Part shown: piece by piece, positions 1 through 13,664 of the stretch
Position numbering within the stretch: the stretch's first letter is position 1
Layout: every line of letters starts with the position of its first letter
NCBI RefSeq assembly: GCF_006345805.1
Contig: NC_043000.1
Coordinates: forward strand, 93,682,001 to 93,746,000
From: Octopus sinensis
Taxonomy: Eukaryota
Length of the DNA stretch: 64,000 bases
Direction of reading: 5' to 3'
Program-made: the position numbers and the translations under genes
The notes under the pieces: generated by a model
Database searches by the model: none
Seen by the model: the letters and a program-made list of their open reading frames with translations, nothing else
What the model was told of the DNA's origin: nothing

Positions 1-105
1 TTTGTGGTCAATAAAATAAGTACCATTTAAGCACTGGGGTTGATGTAATTGACTTAGCCGTACTCTGAAATTGTTGACTTTTTGCCAAAAGTTAAAATCA
101 GTATT
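1..105 (+). mobile_element. SINE-B 3' portion (truncated by window edge)
   Basis: Reads ggtcaataaaataagtacc...gcactggggttgatgtaattgacttag...gaaattg, matching the 3' half of the SINE-B copies at 25143 and 59399. Confidence 0.65.
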
Positions 106-1480
106 CAAAGTTAGATCTGACAAACATAGAGAAGAGAAAAATGATGGCATGAAGATCCTGGGCAAAAGTTTCCTAAGCATCTATGAGCACATGGTGCTGG
201 CGATATCAACTTCAATGTTGAGCGCGATCCAGGTTAGGTTGTTGTCCTTAGCTGCACCTAAGTTTCCGATGCTACCAGAAACTCAACCTGGGGAAGACTT
301 TTGTTACAAATGTAAACACATTGATGAGTTGGTAATAATTCTATACTGTTTGGTTTTCTACTAACAGGGCAGTCATTTTCTCAGGTTAAGATCAGCTTAT
401 TTCTATAAGCAGGAACATTGCTTTTCCTTTGTCAATATATCTATCTTCATATATCTGTGTCTATCAAATATGTGTTCATTTGTATATCTGTACCTTTGAG
501 AAAGTGATACACCAATTCTGTTTATAACTAAACAACTGAATAGCATTTAGCATTTTCAGAATGAACAATAATGTAAACAGTGCAGTAATATATTACCTAG
601 ATATTGTTTTTTAATTCATTGATATATATATATGTATGTGTGTGTATGTGTTTATATATGTAGTTGTGTTTACATATATATATATAAGCATGTTGATATG
701 TATGTATATAGGTACGTTTATATATAAATATATTTATGTGTGTGTGTGTATGTATATATATATATATTCTACCATTCCACCCCTATCTACTATAATCACT
801 ATGATGATATATTTACATTTTTAAGACATTTTTTCTTCTTTTTTTTACCTTTTAGTATAAACTCCATAGAATTCTCTTTGATTCCACATCCTATTTCTGA
901 CCTTACAACTTAACAGTTTTTTTTTACTCTGCCAGAAACAAAAGACAAAAAAAAAAAACACAAAAAAAAAATGCAAACAAACAATAGTAATGAAACATGT
1001 TCTCCTCTTCTACATTGCTAACACAACCTTTGTAAACCTGGAAGGACATAGCATGTCAGTGTGTTCTAAATTGTATATCATTACAGGGAAGCTCATTGAT
1101 GGTGAAAAACTAAAGCAAGTCATTTCTGTTTTATTTATTTACTTCTTTCTTTCTTCCTTTCTTTATATATTTATCTATTTCACTGCAGGGGTTTTTTTTG
1201 TTTGTTTTTTTTTTTTCCTAAATCTAGAAGATTGGGCTGAATTACTGACCAAAATCACCTTACATGGTCAATGGCTCATACCATATTGGCCTGCCTCAGA
1301 AAATGGCTTATTCCTTCTCCCTGGAATATAGCTCATCCAATAAGCAGAATTATTGGCCTTCCTTCTTGTTAACAAGACATCTGAAGCAAACTCTTAGTTA
1401 TCTAACTACTAACCCTGTGGGTACCATTATATATGTGTGTGTGTGTGTATATGCATGTGTATGTATATATATATACATAC

Positions 1481-1511
<31 letters not shown>

Positions 1512-1516
<5 letters not shown>

Positions 1517-1957
1517 GTATGTATATATACATATGTATATATATGTAGGTATATATATTTGTATACATATATGTATGTGTATACATATATGTATGTATAT
1601 ACATATGTATGTTTACATATGTCTAGGTATGTATGTGTATGTATATATATGTGTAAGTATATAAATATGTATATATATATGTGTGTGTATATATTTTATA
1701 TATATATGCATATATATGTATTTATGTATACATAATATTATACACATACATATATATACACATATATACATGCATACATTCGTACATAAATACATACATA
1801 CATAACATACATACATGCAATAGTATTTATGAGCAGTAGAACGTGTGCTCAATACGGGGGGTAAATTGCGAATGTGAAACCTCATATACAGATACGAATT
1901 CATACTGATCATTAATGAATAAATATTGTGTGTGTATATATATGTGTGTGTGTGTGT

Positions 1958-2000
<43 letters not shown>

Positions 2001-2420
2001 CGTATGTATATATACATATGTATATATATGTAGGTATATATATTTGTATACATATATGTATGTGTATACATATATGTATGTATATACATATGTATGTTTA
2101 CATATGTCTAGGTATGTATGTGTATGTATATATATGTGTAAGTATATAAATATGTATATATATATGTGTGTGTATATATTTTATATATATATGCATATAT
2201 ATGTATTTATGTATACATAATATATATACACATACATATATATACACATATATACATGCATACATTCGTACATAAATACATACATACATAACATACATAC
2301 ATGCAATAGTATTTATGAGCAGTAGAACGTGTGCTCAATACGGGGGGTAAATTGCGAATGTGAAACCTCATATACAGATACGAATTCATACTGATCATTA
2401 ATGAATAAATATTGTGTGTG

Positions 2421-2443
<23 letters not shown>
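1512..2443. repeat. Near-perfect tandem duplication, ~445 bp unit, period 485-486 bp
   Basis: The non-microsatellite core caatagtatttatgagcagtagaacgtg...aatgaataaatattg occurs at 1818 and 2304. The surrounding TA/TG pattern is also identical, apart from one 1-nt indel that I found. Confidence 0.92.
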
Positions 2444-2482
<39 letters not shown>

Positions 2483-3012
2483 ATATATATCATTATCATT
2501 TAATGTCCATACTGGCGTATGATTCTAGATTTCTTTCAAGAAGTTGATAATTTTTTTATCAGCTGAGGATTAATTAGTTAAAATTTTAAGTAGATATGAA
2601 ACTTGAAGTAATTCTGGTTTATCTGTAATGGACCATATTAAATTATACATACATATGCATATATGTACCTATGTACAGTCCACGTGTGTGTGTGAATTGT
2701 TATGAAATATTGTGCCTTAAGTGTTCTGAAAGTTATCCTTGATCTGTTCTGCAGTTTCAGCTTCTGTTTTTATTTTTCCCTCATGAAGCACAACAGCACT
2801 TCACACACAGAGAACACACCTACACACACATGCACACCACACAGTCTCTGATCAGAAGGCAGCCATCCATGAAAAAGGTCTGCCTGGAGGAGATTCTGTA
2901 CATTCCTGATAACTAATTCATAATGACAGTTGGAGTTGCTGCAGGACTAAACTGCTACCACCACCACCACCACCACCACCACCACCCACCACTACCAGCC
3001 CTACTGCTGCTG

Positions 3013-3067
<55 letters not shown>

Positions 3068-3104
3068 TAAAATGATTATGATAATAACAATAATAATTTC
3101 TAAT

Positions 3105-3235
3105 TTAACCCTTCTGATATCATCCCACCTGAAACTGCTCTTGGTTCAATGGTACAAACTTCCTGTTTTTAAAACTGGTCTAAATTAAAACCTTCCATCA
3201 ATATTTTATGTTCATTTATATTCTGAATGCCAGAG
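3105..3235. mobile_element. piggyBac-like MITE, one end only
   Basis: Starts TTAA-CCCTT (3105). Its interior is the reverse complement of the MITE ends at 7260-7354 and 59600-59725. Confidence 0.55.
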
Positions 3236-3319
3236 GAGAGGGGGGGGCGTGTAAGTCAATTAAATCAACTGAACCCTTGATTGGCAGTTTATTTTATAAA
3301 CCCTTAAAAGCCTACTTAA

Positions 3320-3470
3320 AGGCACAGGCATGGTAAGAAGTTTGCTTCCGAATAACATAGTTCTGGGTTCAGTCCCGCTGCATGGCACCTTGGACAAGTG
3401 TCTTCCTCTATAGTCCCAAGCCAACTGAGACATTGTGATGAATGAGTTTTCAAAGAAGCTTATCATATAC
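3320..3470 (+). mobile_element. SINE-A 5' half, diverged
   Basis: A-box-like tggtaagaag and B-box-like gggttcagtcc, followed by tggcaccttggacaagtgtctt, as in the full copies. Confidence 0.7.
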
Positions 3471-3789
3471 ATTTGAGTGTGTATATAGATATATATTTGT
3501 ATATATACATGTGTATATATATATACTTAAATGTCACACAATAAGAATGAGTGCTCAATACCGCATTGGTTGATAAAGATTCTTTATTTGTGCATTAAGG
3601 CTACCATTGGTTTCGTGTTGAGAAAATATCTTAGCAATTTTTCAAGCTGAAAAATTCGTGTTCATCTCAATTTTGGATTAATACATGAAAAGACACCTAT
3701 ATACACATATATATGTATGTATACATATATATATGGGTGCGTCTTACTGTCACCATCATAAAAAGCCCTGTCTTTCATTTCCAAGTACT

Positions 3790-3955
3790 TAGTGATAAGC
3801 GTGGCTGGTTGTGGGGATATATTACCTTGCTTTCGAAACAGGTGAGGGTTAGCAGCAGGAAGGGCATCCAGCTATAGAAAACTCAGCCTCAACAAATTCC
3901 TTCTGACCCATGCGAGCATGGAAAAGTGGACATTAAACCAACCATGGTGATGACT
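3790..3955 (+). mobile_element. SINE-D-type element with RTE-like 3' tail
   Basis: ggaagggcatccagctatagaaa...cccatgcgagcatggaaaagtggacattaaac is the tail shared with 39591-39770. Confidence 0.6.
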
Positions 3956-4732
3956 AAAAGGATGAAGAGCAAAGTCGACCTAAGAAACATTTAATCTGAG
4001 ACTGTTTGTCTACCACTTGATTCATGATTATCTCCCCTTTTTACCAGCAAATTATTCTAATTTCTGGTTGAAACCTGTTAGTCGGGTCATTGACAGTATT
4101 TAATCCACTTAGATAGGCAACCTATTTACCCATGGTTAACATAGTGTCTTTTGCTGTAACTCAGGTGGCCTCACAGCTCTCAGGACCCAATTCAGATCTA
4201 TGTATTTTGTGGCTTTCAGTTAATAAATACTATAGGGCCCAATACATTGATTTCACTGGGGGCCTATAATAATGCTAAAACGGCTCTGGTCTTTTATGGT
4301 AATCCAATGAAGACTTAGTTATGCAGTTCCTTATCTTGAGAATTTGCACAACAAGGCAGTGTTTCTGATGGCTAAATGCTTACTTATTTAACAAGTGAAC
4401 TAACGTTGCCTACAAATTTATTTGATTTTGCTCTTTTCTGTTTCACTTTAAAATTTTCTCTTTCACATTTCCTTAATCTACTCTCTCTCTTTCACTCTCC
4501 TCTCTCTCTCTCAATCTCCTCTCTCTCTCTCCTTTCTCTAACAACCAATCACCACAAGAGTTCTCACTGTGTTCTTCCTACAGAATTAGTGACCTTGCTT
4601 TCTATAATATACTATGTTAGCATTCTTCAATAAACTAGAATTATGGTTTCTAGCCAAAATTTTTCTATTTCTTTTTGTTTTTGTTTTCTTTTCTTCTCTT
4701 AGCCTTTCCATTTTGTGTCTCATATACATACA

Positions 4733-4768
<36 letters not shown>

Positions 4769-4952
4769 CACATACACACATATACATGTATATATATTTA
4801 TATCAATATGTATGTATGTGTGTGTATACATATATATATATATATATATACACATATATATACATATATATGTACGCATATACTTGCATATATATCTTTG
4901 TATATATATATATATGTGTGTGTGTGTATACGTACATATATATATATGTATA

Positions 4953-5232
4953 TATATACGCACGCACACATAAACATCTACATATATGTATATATGTACA
5001 CACATACCTGCAAAGATATATATATATATAATATATATATATATATATGTATATGTATATATATATGTATATGTATATATATGTATATGTATATATATAT
5101 ATGTATATGTATATATATATGTATATGTATATATATATGTATATGTATATATATATACGCACACACACATAAACATCTACATATATGTATATATGTACAC
5201 ACATACCTGCAAAGATATATATATATATATAT
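4953..5232. repeat. ~75 bp direct duplication (period 199) separated by (TA)/(TATATG)n
   Basis: taaacatctacatatatgtatatatgtacacacatacctgcaaagat occurs at 4971 and 5170. Confidence 0.85.
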
Positions 5233-6124
5233 ATATAATCTTTATGCACCCGTCTCTTCTTTGTTAAATGAAGGCCTCCTTTCCATCAATGCTATCTAGA
5301 TTCCTCTCATAGACATAAACTGAATCATTTTCCTATATTGTAGATTGTGAATGTTTGTTTAGTTTATACAACTATCTCTCTCTCTCTCTCTCTCTCTTTG
5401 TCTATAACTTTCTTTATTAGATACTTTCATGATAATTCTCTTCTTGTTTCTTTGCTTCTTGCTTTCTCTCTCTCTCTCTCTGTCTCTCTCTCTGCTTTGC
5501 TTGTTTGCCCCCTTCTCTCTGTTTTTATCTCTGCATTGCTCTCATTTAGGTTTCCGTCTGTCTCCTCGACTATTTCGTAACTGCCTCAAATCTGCCTCCC
5601 TACTAAAGCCAAAACAACAGTTCATGTGTTCTGACCACATTTATTTTCTTAGAAGAGTACTGAGCTATTTTGGTCTTTCTTCCCCGCCCCCTTTCTCTGT
5701 ATTTGGATGTGTGTGTGTGTGTGTGAGTGTGTGTGTGTATGTCTCTATAGTGAAAGATGATGTAGAGAACATCAAAAATATCTATTCACAGTAAATTAAG
5801 AACTCAATTAATTATATGTTGTTAAACACCAACTCATTATAACTTTGCAGATATACACACGTGCATGAACAGACGCATATATATACTTACACTTATACAG
5901 GCATACATATAAAGAGTTAAGACCCCTTTGGTCATGAATGATCATGGGATTGCACCTAGAAAATTTTATATTCATATTGTTATTTGATGTGTTGATTTTT
6001 GTTTGCTAAACAGCACAGAGTGTAATGAGTAAACTAATTAGGGTTTGTGTGTGTCTGTGTGGTTAGTTAACTTGGTCAGCGGTAATGACTAAATCTCTGT
6101 AAAATGATATTGCTACGATCTTGC

Positions 6125-6430
6125 AAATAAAAGGGATCATCGTTATCTTCATCACCATTAGTCATCATCAATCATCAGCTTCAGTCATTATCATTCATCA
6201 TCAGCAGTCATCATCATCATCACCATCATCAGTCACCATCATCATCAGTCACCATCATCATCAGTCACCAACATCATCAGTCACCATCATAATCAGTCAC
6301 CATCATAATCAGTCACCATCATCATCAGTCATCATCATCATCAATCATCATCAGTCATCAGCGTCATTATTAAGCATCATTATCATCATCATTGGCAGTG
6401 GCATTGTAGGTGGCCTCATCATCATCATCA
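6125..6430. repeat. Compound (CAT)n / (catcatcagtcac) low-complexity array
   Basis: Visible CAT periodicity with recurring cagtcac interruptions. This explains ORF 6121-6522. Confidence 0.85.
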
Positions 6431-6899
6431 TGACTTTTGTACTTTGCTTTCCTTGTTGGTTTGGGTTGTGTGACATCGTCATAGACCAAGTCAGTTCTTA
6501 TTTGTGGGTTACTGTTCTTTGAGATGGGGACTGCATCTCAAAGGAACTTTATTAAATTTGGCTCCCTTTCTACAACTAGATCTCCTTAACACCAACCACT
6601 TCACAGACTACATTGAGTTCAGGTTTTGTGATTGTTTTCCTTGCTGGTATGGGTGGATGAATCATCATTGATCGAGTCAGTTTTCACTTGGCATTGTTGT
6701 TCTCCAAGCTAGGTACCATGTCTCAGTGGAACATTTATTAAGTTTATTATTGTCTTTGACAACTAGATGTCCTTCCTATCATTGGCTACTTCAGATTACA
6801 TCAGGTTCATTTAACTTTAGCACTGGCCCTCAAGAAGTTACCATGTTCTCAGCCAGACAAAACTAAGGGTTCTGTCAGGCCTACATAGTTTCAACATGT

Positions 6900-7127
6900 T
6901 TAACCCTTTAACATTCAGATTACTCTACCAAGTGTAATGCTTATTTATTCACATTATTTTGATTAATCATGCATTGTTTCACAGCTTTAAGATTTCGATG
7001 ATATAATTGTTTATATTTAGAATGATGTCATAATGAATACTTGAGAAGCTGAATCTGGTCAGTTTGAATATAAAATAAGGTAGAATATTTGGGCCAGATA
7101 TGGTCATTTGAAATGCTAAAAGGTCAA
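6900..7127. mobile_element. piggyBac-like MITE, second family, both ends present
   Basis: Left end TTAA-ccctttaacattc; right end aatgctaaaaggtcaa is an imperfect inverted copy. TTAA flanks plus CCC-starting TIRs are the piggyBac signature. Confidence 0.6.
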
Positions 7128-7139
7128 AAATCCTTTTGT

Positions 7140-7354
7140 TAATGTATTTATTTTGAGATGCTCTGTGTTTCTTTCACTTACTTTAAATATAACAAAGAAT
7201 TTAGTAAACTAACTTAGTTATCATTAAGCTAGTGTTAGGAACATAAATTGTGACTAAGGTTTGGTGGAAGATTTTAATTCAAAACTTACAAAAACAGAAC
7301 ATTTGTACTCAGAGCCAGAGGCGGTTTCAGGCGGGTTGGTAACGAAAGGGTTCA
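7140..7354. mobile_element. piggyBac-like MITE, right part
   Basis: tagtaaactaacttagttatcattaagctagtgttaggaacataaa...ggcggtttcaggcgggttggtaacgaaagggttca. Related segments occur near 18885-19095, 26265-26560 and 59600-59892. Confidence 0.6.
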
Positions 7355-8892
7355 GTAGCAAACCTTTAGACAGTGTATCTGCAGTAGAGACATGACGGCT
7401 ACAGCTAGAAGGTCGAATGACTTTCTTTATCAGGTCCCATCTCTGCAAAAATTTATTTTTCAAACAGAACTTACCAAGGTTGTTCAACAATAAACAACAT
7501 CAATACCATCACTGCCACTATTGACAACAATAACAATGACAACAATATTGTACTAAATATATTTTGTGTACCAAACTTTAGTTTTTTTTTTTTCTGCATA
7601 TGATACAACATAACAATCAGTATATTTAATAAAACAGAATAATTTACATTTAAGTACTGTAAATTCTTTTTTTTTTTTTCATATTGGTCTGTGACTTTTT
7701 GCAAGTCATATTTACTCGACTCTATTGCAAATATTCTCTCTTTTCCTGTCTCATGACTTTATTGTATATCATTACACAGAAAAAAACTAAAATAAATAAA
7801 AAAAGTAAAACAATAAACGTGAAAAAATTTTAAGTAATAATTTGTAAAATTATATAAATAAATATAAAATAACAATTTATAAAATTCCTTTTGCTTTAAA
7901 AGTATGTTTTTAAAGCATTACGCAAAAGTGTTATCTTTAAAAATTTAGGTTAATAGAATAGCTGTGTTAAATGAAATTAGGAAGGCCATGGCTATTGGGT
8001 TCAGAGTATGTGGCCAAGCCTTGTGATTGGCTATGGGAGATGGAAACTGAAAGAATCCCATCATGTGTGTGTGCATATGTATTATATATAAAAGTGGTCT
8101 ATAGCCTCAGTCCAAGCAAAGTAAGTGGATTTGGTTAGAAGGAAACTGAAAGGAGCAAATGTATGTATACATATGTGTGTGTGTGTGTGTTACTTTGTTA
8201 GCTTTAGGTGCTGTGTTCAGTTCCACTTATGGTGAATATTGACAGTGATAGACTGGTTCCCCATTGAGGGTAGATTCATCTTGTCCATCTGCTGGACACC
8301 ACAGAAACAGAGAATAAATCCTAATCTGGTAGGCCATGGATGTCTGTGAAGGAATCATGATGTCAAACATTGGGATTCAATCATTAGATTCAATTGTCCT
8401 GTGTTGGGTCATTTATTTTCTTTCTCTCATTCTTCCTGCTTGTCACTTTCTCTTCTGTAAGAATTCAACTGTATTGAAACCTGGAAAGAGATTGGCTCCA
8501 CCAGGTATAAAGAATACCAAGGTACGTCATTTGACATGGCAGTATCCCTACAACTCCACAAAGGGATTAAAAGCACATAGCATCATTGGACATAGTCCTT
8601 CATCCATGAGAGAGATTTTTCATGTTCTGATCTAAATATTTTAACTTTAAAAGGGTCTTCTGTGTAGCTGTACTTTTCCACAAGTAGAAGTAGCACTTGT
8701 AATTGAAGTGGTACTATGTTGGAATCCTACTGTGGGTATAGCTTAAGGAGACACTTTTCTGAAGCTAAACGATTTATTTATTGAATCATCACACATGGAT
8801 GGATATTTCTGATAAGGGGAAGTCATATTATTGACTTTTATTACAATTTCATATGTATGTATATGTATATATACACGTCTTTTTTTTTTTTT

Positions 8893-9286
8893 TTACTCTT
8901 TTTACTTGTTTCAATCATTTGACTGTGGCCATGCTGCAACACCACCTTTAGTCAAGCAAATTGACCCAAGAACTTATTCTTTGGAAGCCTAATACTTATT
9001 CTATCATTCTCTTTTGCCAAACCACTAAGTTATGGGGTCGCAAACACACCACCATCGGTTGTCGGGGGACAAACGCAGACACACAAACATATACACACAC
9101 ATACATATATATATGCATGTATACGACGGGCTTCTTTCAGTTTTCATCTACCAAATCCACTCACAAGGCTTTGGTCCACCCTAGGCTATAGTAGATGACA
9201 CTTGCCCAAGGTGCCATGCAGTGGGAATGAAGCCAGAACCATGTGGTTGGTTAGCAAGCTACTTACCACACAGCCACTCCTGCGCC
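8893..9286 (-). mobile_element. SINE-A, full length (tRNA-derived head, internal TA/CA linker, AAAGAGT-type tail)
   Basis: The minus strand reads ggcgcaggagtggctgtgtggtaagtagc...ggttctggcttcattcccactgcatggcaccttgggcaagtg...gaaactgaaagaagcccgtcg, then linker, then ...tgaaacaagtaaaaagagtaaaa. It is collinear with 15173-15560. Confidence 0.9.
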
Positions 9287-9471
9287 AAATAACTTCTTAT
9301 GCAATACACACACAAACACACACACAAACAAACAGAAATATGTGTATGTACACACAAATACTCACGCACACACACACACACACACAAATACATATAGAAA
9401 CGCACACATACACACACACATATATATAAGTAAGTAAGGCACACATGAACTGTTGTGATTTCATTCTGGAT

Positions 9472-9717
9472 GACCAATTTCAATGCCATGTTTGTCAAAA
9501 ACCCTGCAAGTCACATGGAGGATTGAAGTGACACTTGAATATCCATAATAAACAAGCAGAAAATGAAGCCAATGCTGAAATGAGACATTGCTGCAGCATT
9601 TGTGATCAGCTCTTCAAATGCCTTTCAGGGCTCAAAAGTTATATGAGATCTCATGCTAGAAAAGATCTCATTATAGGTACATGAAGAGGTCTAGTTCTGC
9701 TGAAGCAGACAGCCAAC
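9472..9717 (+). mobile_element. Decayed 3' end of an RTE-type LINE ORF with two C2H2-like fingers
   Basis: Frame from 9472: DQFQCHVCQKPCKSHGGLK*HLNIHNKQAENEANAEMRHCCSICDQLFKCLSGLKSYMRSHARKDLIIGT*. Both fingers have exact C-x2-C-x12-H-x3-H spacing; there is a TGA at 9529 and an H>Y change in finger 2. There is no TGEKP linker, and the GLxSH motif is typical of RTE C-termini. Confidence 0.65.
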
Positions 9718-9718
9718 T

Positions 9719-9760
<42 letters not shown>

Positions 9761-9801
9761 ACATACATACAAATATACAGTCACACACACAGACATATAT
9801 A

Positions 9802-9844
<43 letters not shown>

Positions 9845-10095
9845 TCCACTCTTGGATTTTTATATGTATACCTATGTAAATAGACGTGACCAGTGATAAT
9901 TATGTATCAGTTGTATATATGTATAGAAGTGTGTGAATGTGTGTGTATATATATATATGTAGGTGTCTGTGTATATGTATGCATGTGTATATGTATGTAT
10001 GCACGTACATGTATGTATGTATATACATGTATATACATATATCTATATATGTATATATACAGATATATGTGTGAGTATATATATATTTAAATATA

Positions 10096-10339
10096 GTTAT
10101 CCGTAATAATGAAGGGTGAAATTAATTAATTTGGAATAATTATCAATTACACCAAGTAGTCTTCGGCATGTAAAAGCCTCATTCGAGGAAAATTTAAGTA
10201 ATACTAAGCAATAAGGTTTAGCAACGAATTGCCTTACCACATACCGAATTTAGAAATAGCAGTCAAAGAGTTATAGCTATTTCTTCTACTAATTGGGTAT
10301 GTGGTAAGGCAATTCGTTGCTAAACCCTTTATTGCTTAG
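10096..10339. mobile_element. Insertion with 14-bp flanking direct repeat and internal fold-back (Penelope-like architecture)
   Basis: tatatttaaatata occurs at 10082-10095 and 10340-10353. A 45-bp inverted repeat pairs 10201-10245 with 10296-10342. Confidence 0.55.
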
Positions 10340-12063
10340 TATATTTAAATATATATATACACACACAAACACACTATATATATATATATATATTTATGAA
10401 TATGTGTGTACATGTACATGTGAATATATGTAAGTGCGAATTTGTTTGTAGATATGTGTATGTACATGTCTATGTACACATGTATGTATATATGTGCATA
10501 TGTCTGTGTGTGTGTGTATAAAATATACATACATATAGATAGATATATAGATGTATATGTATATATAATTGAATAGCTTCACATTATCTGACAGTAGATT
10601 CTTATATGATATAATAGAAGCTCTTAAAAGCTATTTTTGATTTTTGTTTTGTTATTTTTGCCACCCTTCCCACCATTCTTGAAATCGGGCTTTGAATGTC
10701 TTTAGAAGTCTATATCTTCTTTCCTTATTATTACCATTGTATTTTCTCTTTCATTTTTTTTCATCTTTAATCTATATATATATTTTAATTTTCATAAATT
10801 AATGGTAATTTAAATATAACTTAGAAATTATTATCTTTCATCGCTTTTGAGTTATTACCTGCATAGGAGAGAGGTGTACAGAAAAATATACTAATTGATT
10901 AATTAATTAATTAATTAAGATTTATATAAGCTCTCAGTGAATTAGTTTTGATCGATTTCTTAGTTTTTTTTTTTTTTTGGAACCAATGTCATTTGATTTT
11001 CGCTTTACACCCTAGAGAGAGAGAAAGAGATATAAATGTCACACAGCCCTCACACTGGATCCAGCCTTAATCATTTCCCAATGACTTTGGTGACCTTGTA
11101 ATTAATTAAGACATAATTATATTTAATTACGTATCTATTCATTCTTAATATGTAAATATTCAAAATATGTTGATTACTGTTGTTTTTCTTCATTGGAAGA
11201 CATCTCTTAACATTTTCTTTACATCAACATACATTCTGAGCATTTTCCTTTAAATGAATGAATTGTAGTTTGAACATATGTTGTCTAAAGAAAGGAGATG
11301 TTCTCTGATGACTAAAAATAACAGTGGTTCACATATTCATCTTTGAATGTATTGAGTGAACAGATACGTAACTGCTTAGATTCCCATTCTTCAGTGTGCA
11401 CCTCATGCCTTATTATCAGTTTGGCAGGCATCAGCACACTTCAGTAAATAATTTGTTTACTGATCTTTATAAACAAGGGCCTGTACACCTGTTTGATTCA
11501 TTGATCTGGGAGTAGCTTTGACTGAAGAGACACAAAATGAGGCCAAAACATTACAGTGACTTAAGAGTTACTTAACATCAATGAATCTATCTGATCTCTT
11601 ACAAACACACATTGCCTGAAGGGAGATATTCTCCGGTGATATAAAACAAAAGCGATCAGCATATTCATGCTTGAATCTACCAGAATGTACAAGAAATTAA
11701 TCGATACATTATTAATCAGATTCTAGCTGTTCTACGTGTACCTCATGAATTATAATGATATGTATCCATCTGTTTATTTCAGTATTTTAATTGCTTACTT
11801 TTGCATATCTCTCTCTCTTTCTCTCTCTCTCTCTCTGTAATATCTGATACTATTCCCCCTCCTTCCCACTTTACCCACCCTGTACAATTGTTCTTCCTAC
11901 ACCTCCTCCTCCTCATCTCCCCAGCCCTGGTTTTAGATATATTTTGTTCTGGTTTTCTCAAAGACTTGGTTAAGATTTGTAAGTAGTCGTATTATCTTTT
12001 TCTAGTGCACAGCTCGACGGACTTTCAGCGTGAGTATAGTTTGTTTGCTTGTTTTTTTTATAA

Positions 12064-12065
<2 letters not shown>

Positions 12066-12127
<62 letters not shown>

Positions 12128-12170
12128 TATTATTATTATTATCATTATTATTATTACTATTATAATTATT
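12066..12170. repeat. (ATT)n microsatellite (one of many; others near 3014, 12962, 24760, 59340)
   Basis: Direct reading of the sequence. Confidence 0.95.
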
Positions 12171-12961
12171 ATTTTTGTTTATTTACCTTTTTACTTTTGT
12201 ATTTTTCAAAACATTTTTTTCTCTTTAAAGTTGCTTATCCTTCTGTTTTTTTTTTTTTCGTAGACTGCACATAGATTTCTTCCTTTTTTTTATAAAAGTT
12301 TTTGTTGTTTTCTTTTTACAATTAAATTTTTTTTTTTTTACTTATTTTGCAATTTTTTAAAAATTTTATTTCATTTTAAAAATCCTCCTCACTCTATCCA
12401 AGAATTTTATTCCTTTTACTCGTATTCCTAATTTTTGTTATTATTATTATTATTATTATCACTATAATTATTATTTTAATTATTATTATCATTATTTAAA
12501 TTTTCATTATTGTTGTTGTCGTTGTCATCTATTATTGTTGTTGTTGTTGTCGTTGTTATTATCTTCAATTCCTGGTTGGAATGGCTTAACTTAATGCGCT
12601 AATGGCCCCAAGGAAATGTATGAATAACACACAACTTTCGATTTCCTCTTTCTCTGTGAGTTTTAGACTTTTAGGTCTTTGTCAAAAATTATTATTATTA
12701 TCATTATTATATTATTATTATAGTTGTTGTTTTCTCAGTTTTTTTGTTGCTGTTGTTCTTGTTTATTTTAAATCTCCACATTTAAATTCTTGGGGTCAAC
12801 TTTTATTTTCATCCTTATGCTAGAAGATAAAAATAAAGTACCAGTAAAATACTAGGGCTGCTTGCAATTGACTATAAACCTCTCCTTTACAATATTATTG
12901 AACGTCTGTATAGAGAAAACGAAATAATTACCATTATAAATATTATTAACAGAAAATTACA

Positions 12962-13006
<45 letters not shown>

Positions 13007-13664
13007 GATGTTACTGCTCTTTATGTTGTTCTTGTTGTTTTTGTTGTTGTTAAGTCAACAGTAATGGTAGATCTTCAGATTCATTTTTGCCTTGCCGTTG
13101 TTTCTTTTCATTTATATCCATCTGTCTTCTCTTTGTGTTTAATTTCTACTCAAAACCAAAGTTTGCCTTTCATCTCCACTCAGTCGATGAATTTAGTACC
13201 AGTTATGCATACAGGGATGGGTGAGGCCAGATAAGTTTACTCTGCTTTTTATTCCTTATAAGAAAAGTAAAAAAAAAAAAAAAGAAAACAAAAATTCTTT
13301 GTTTTGTGTACAAGGCAAGTGAAAGTCATTTTTAGTCTTGCCATTGCAGTATAATTTAGTTTTTATTGCTTTGAGATCTTAGTTCAAATTCACATCCAGG
13401 TCTTATCTTGTTTCAATGTTCATTGTAAGATACTGGGGTTTTGATCATGTTGACCCACATTCCATCAGATATAGTATACAAATAAGCAGAAAAACTGCGC
13501 CCCAAAAAATAATTGTTATTCACATCATAATCCCCCACCAACACCATCATCATTATCACCATCATCATTATGACTACCACCACCACTATCATTACCACCA
13601 CTGTCACCACCATCATCTCCATTGTCATCATTTATTTTTACCAATATATATATATATATATCAA

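Noticed and set aside
11515-11560. ctgaagag...ccaaaacattacagt as a CpG-decayed hammerhead
   Set aside because: It requires several assumed reversions, and stem II does not pair.
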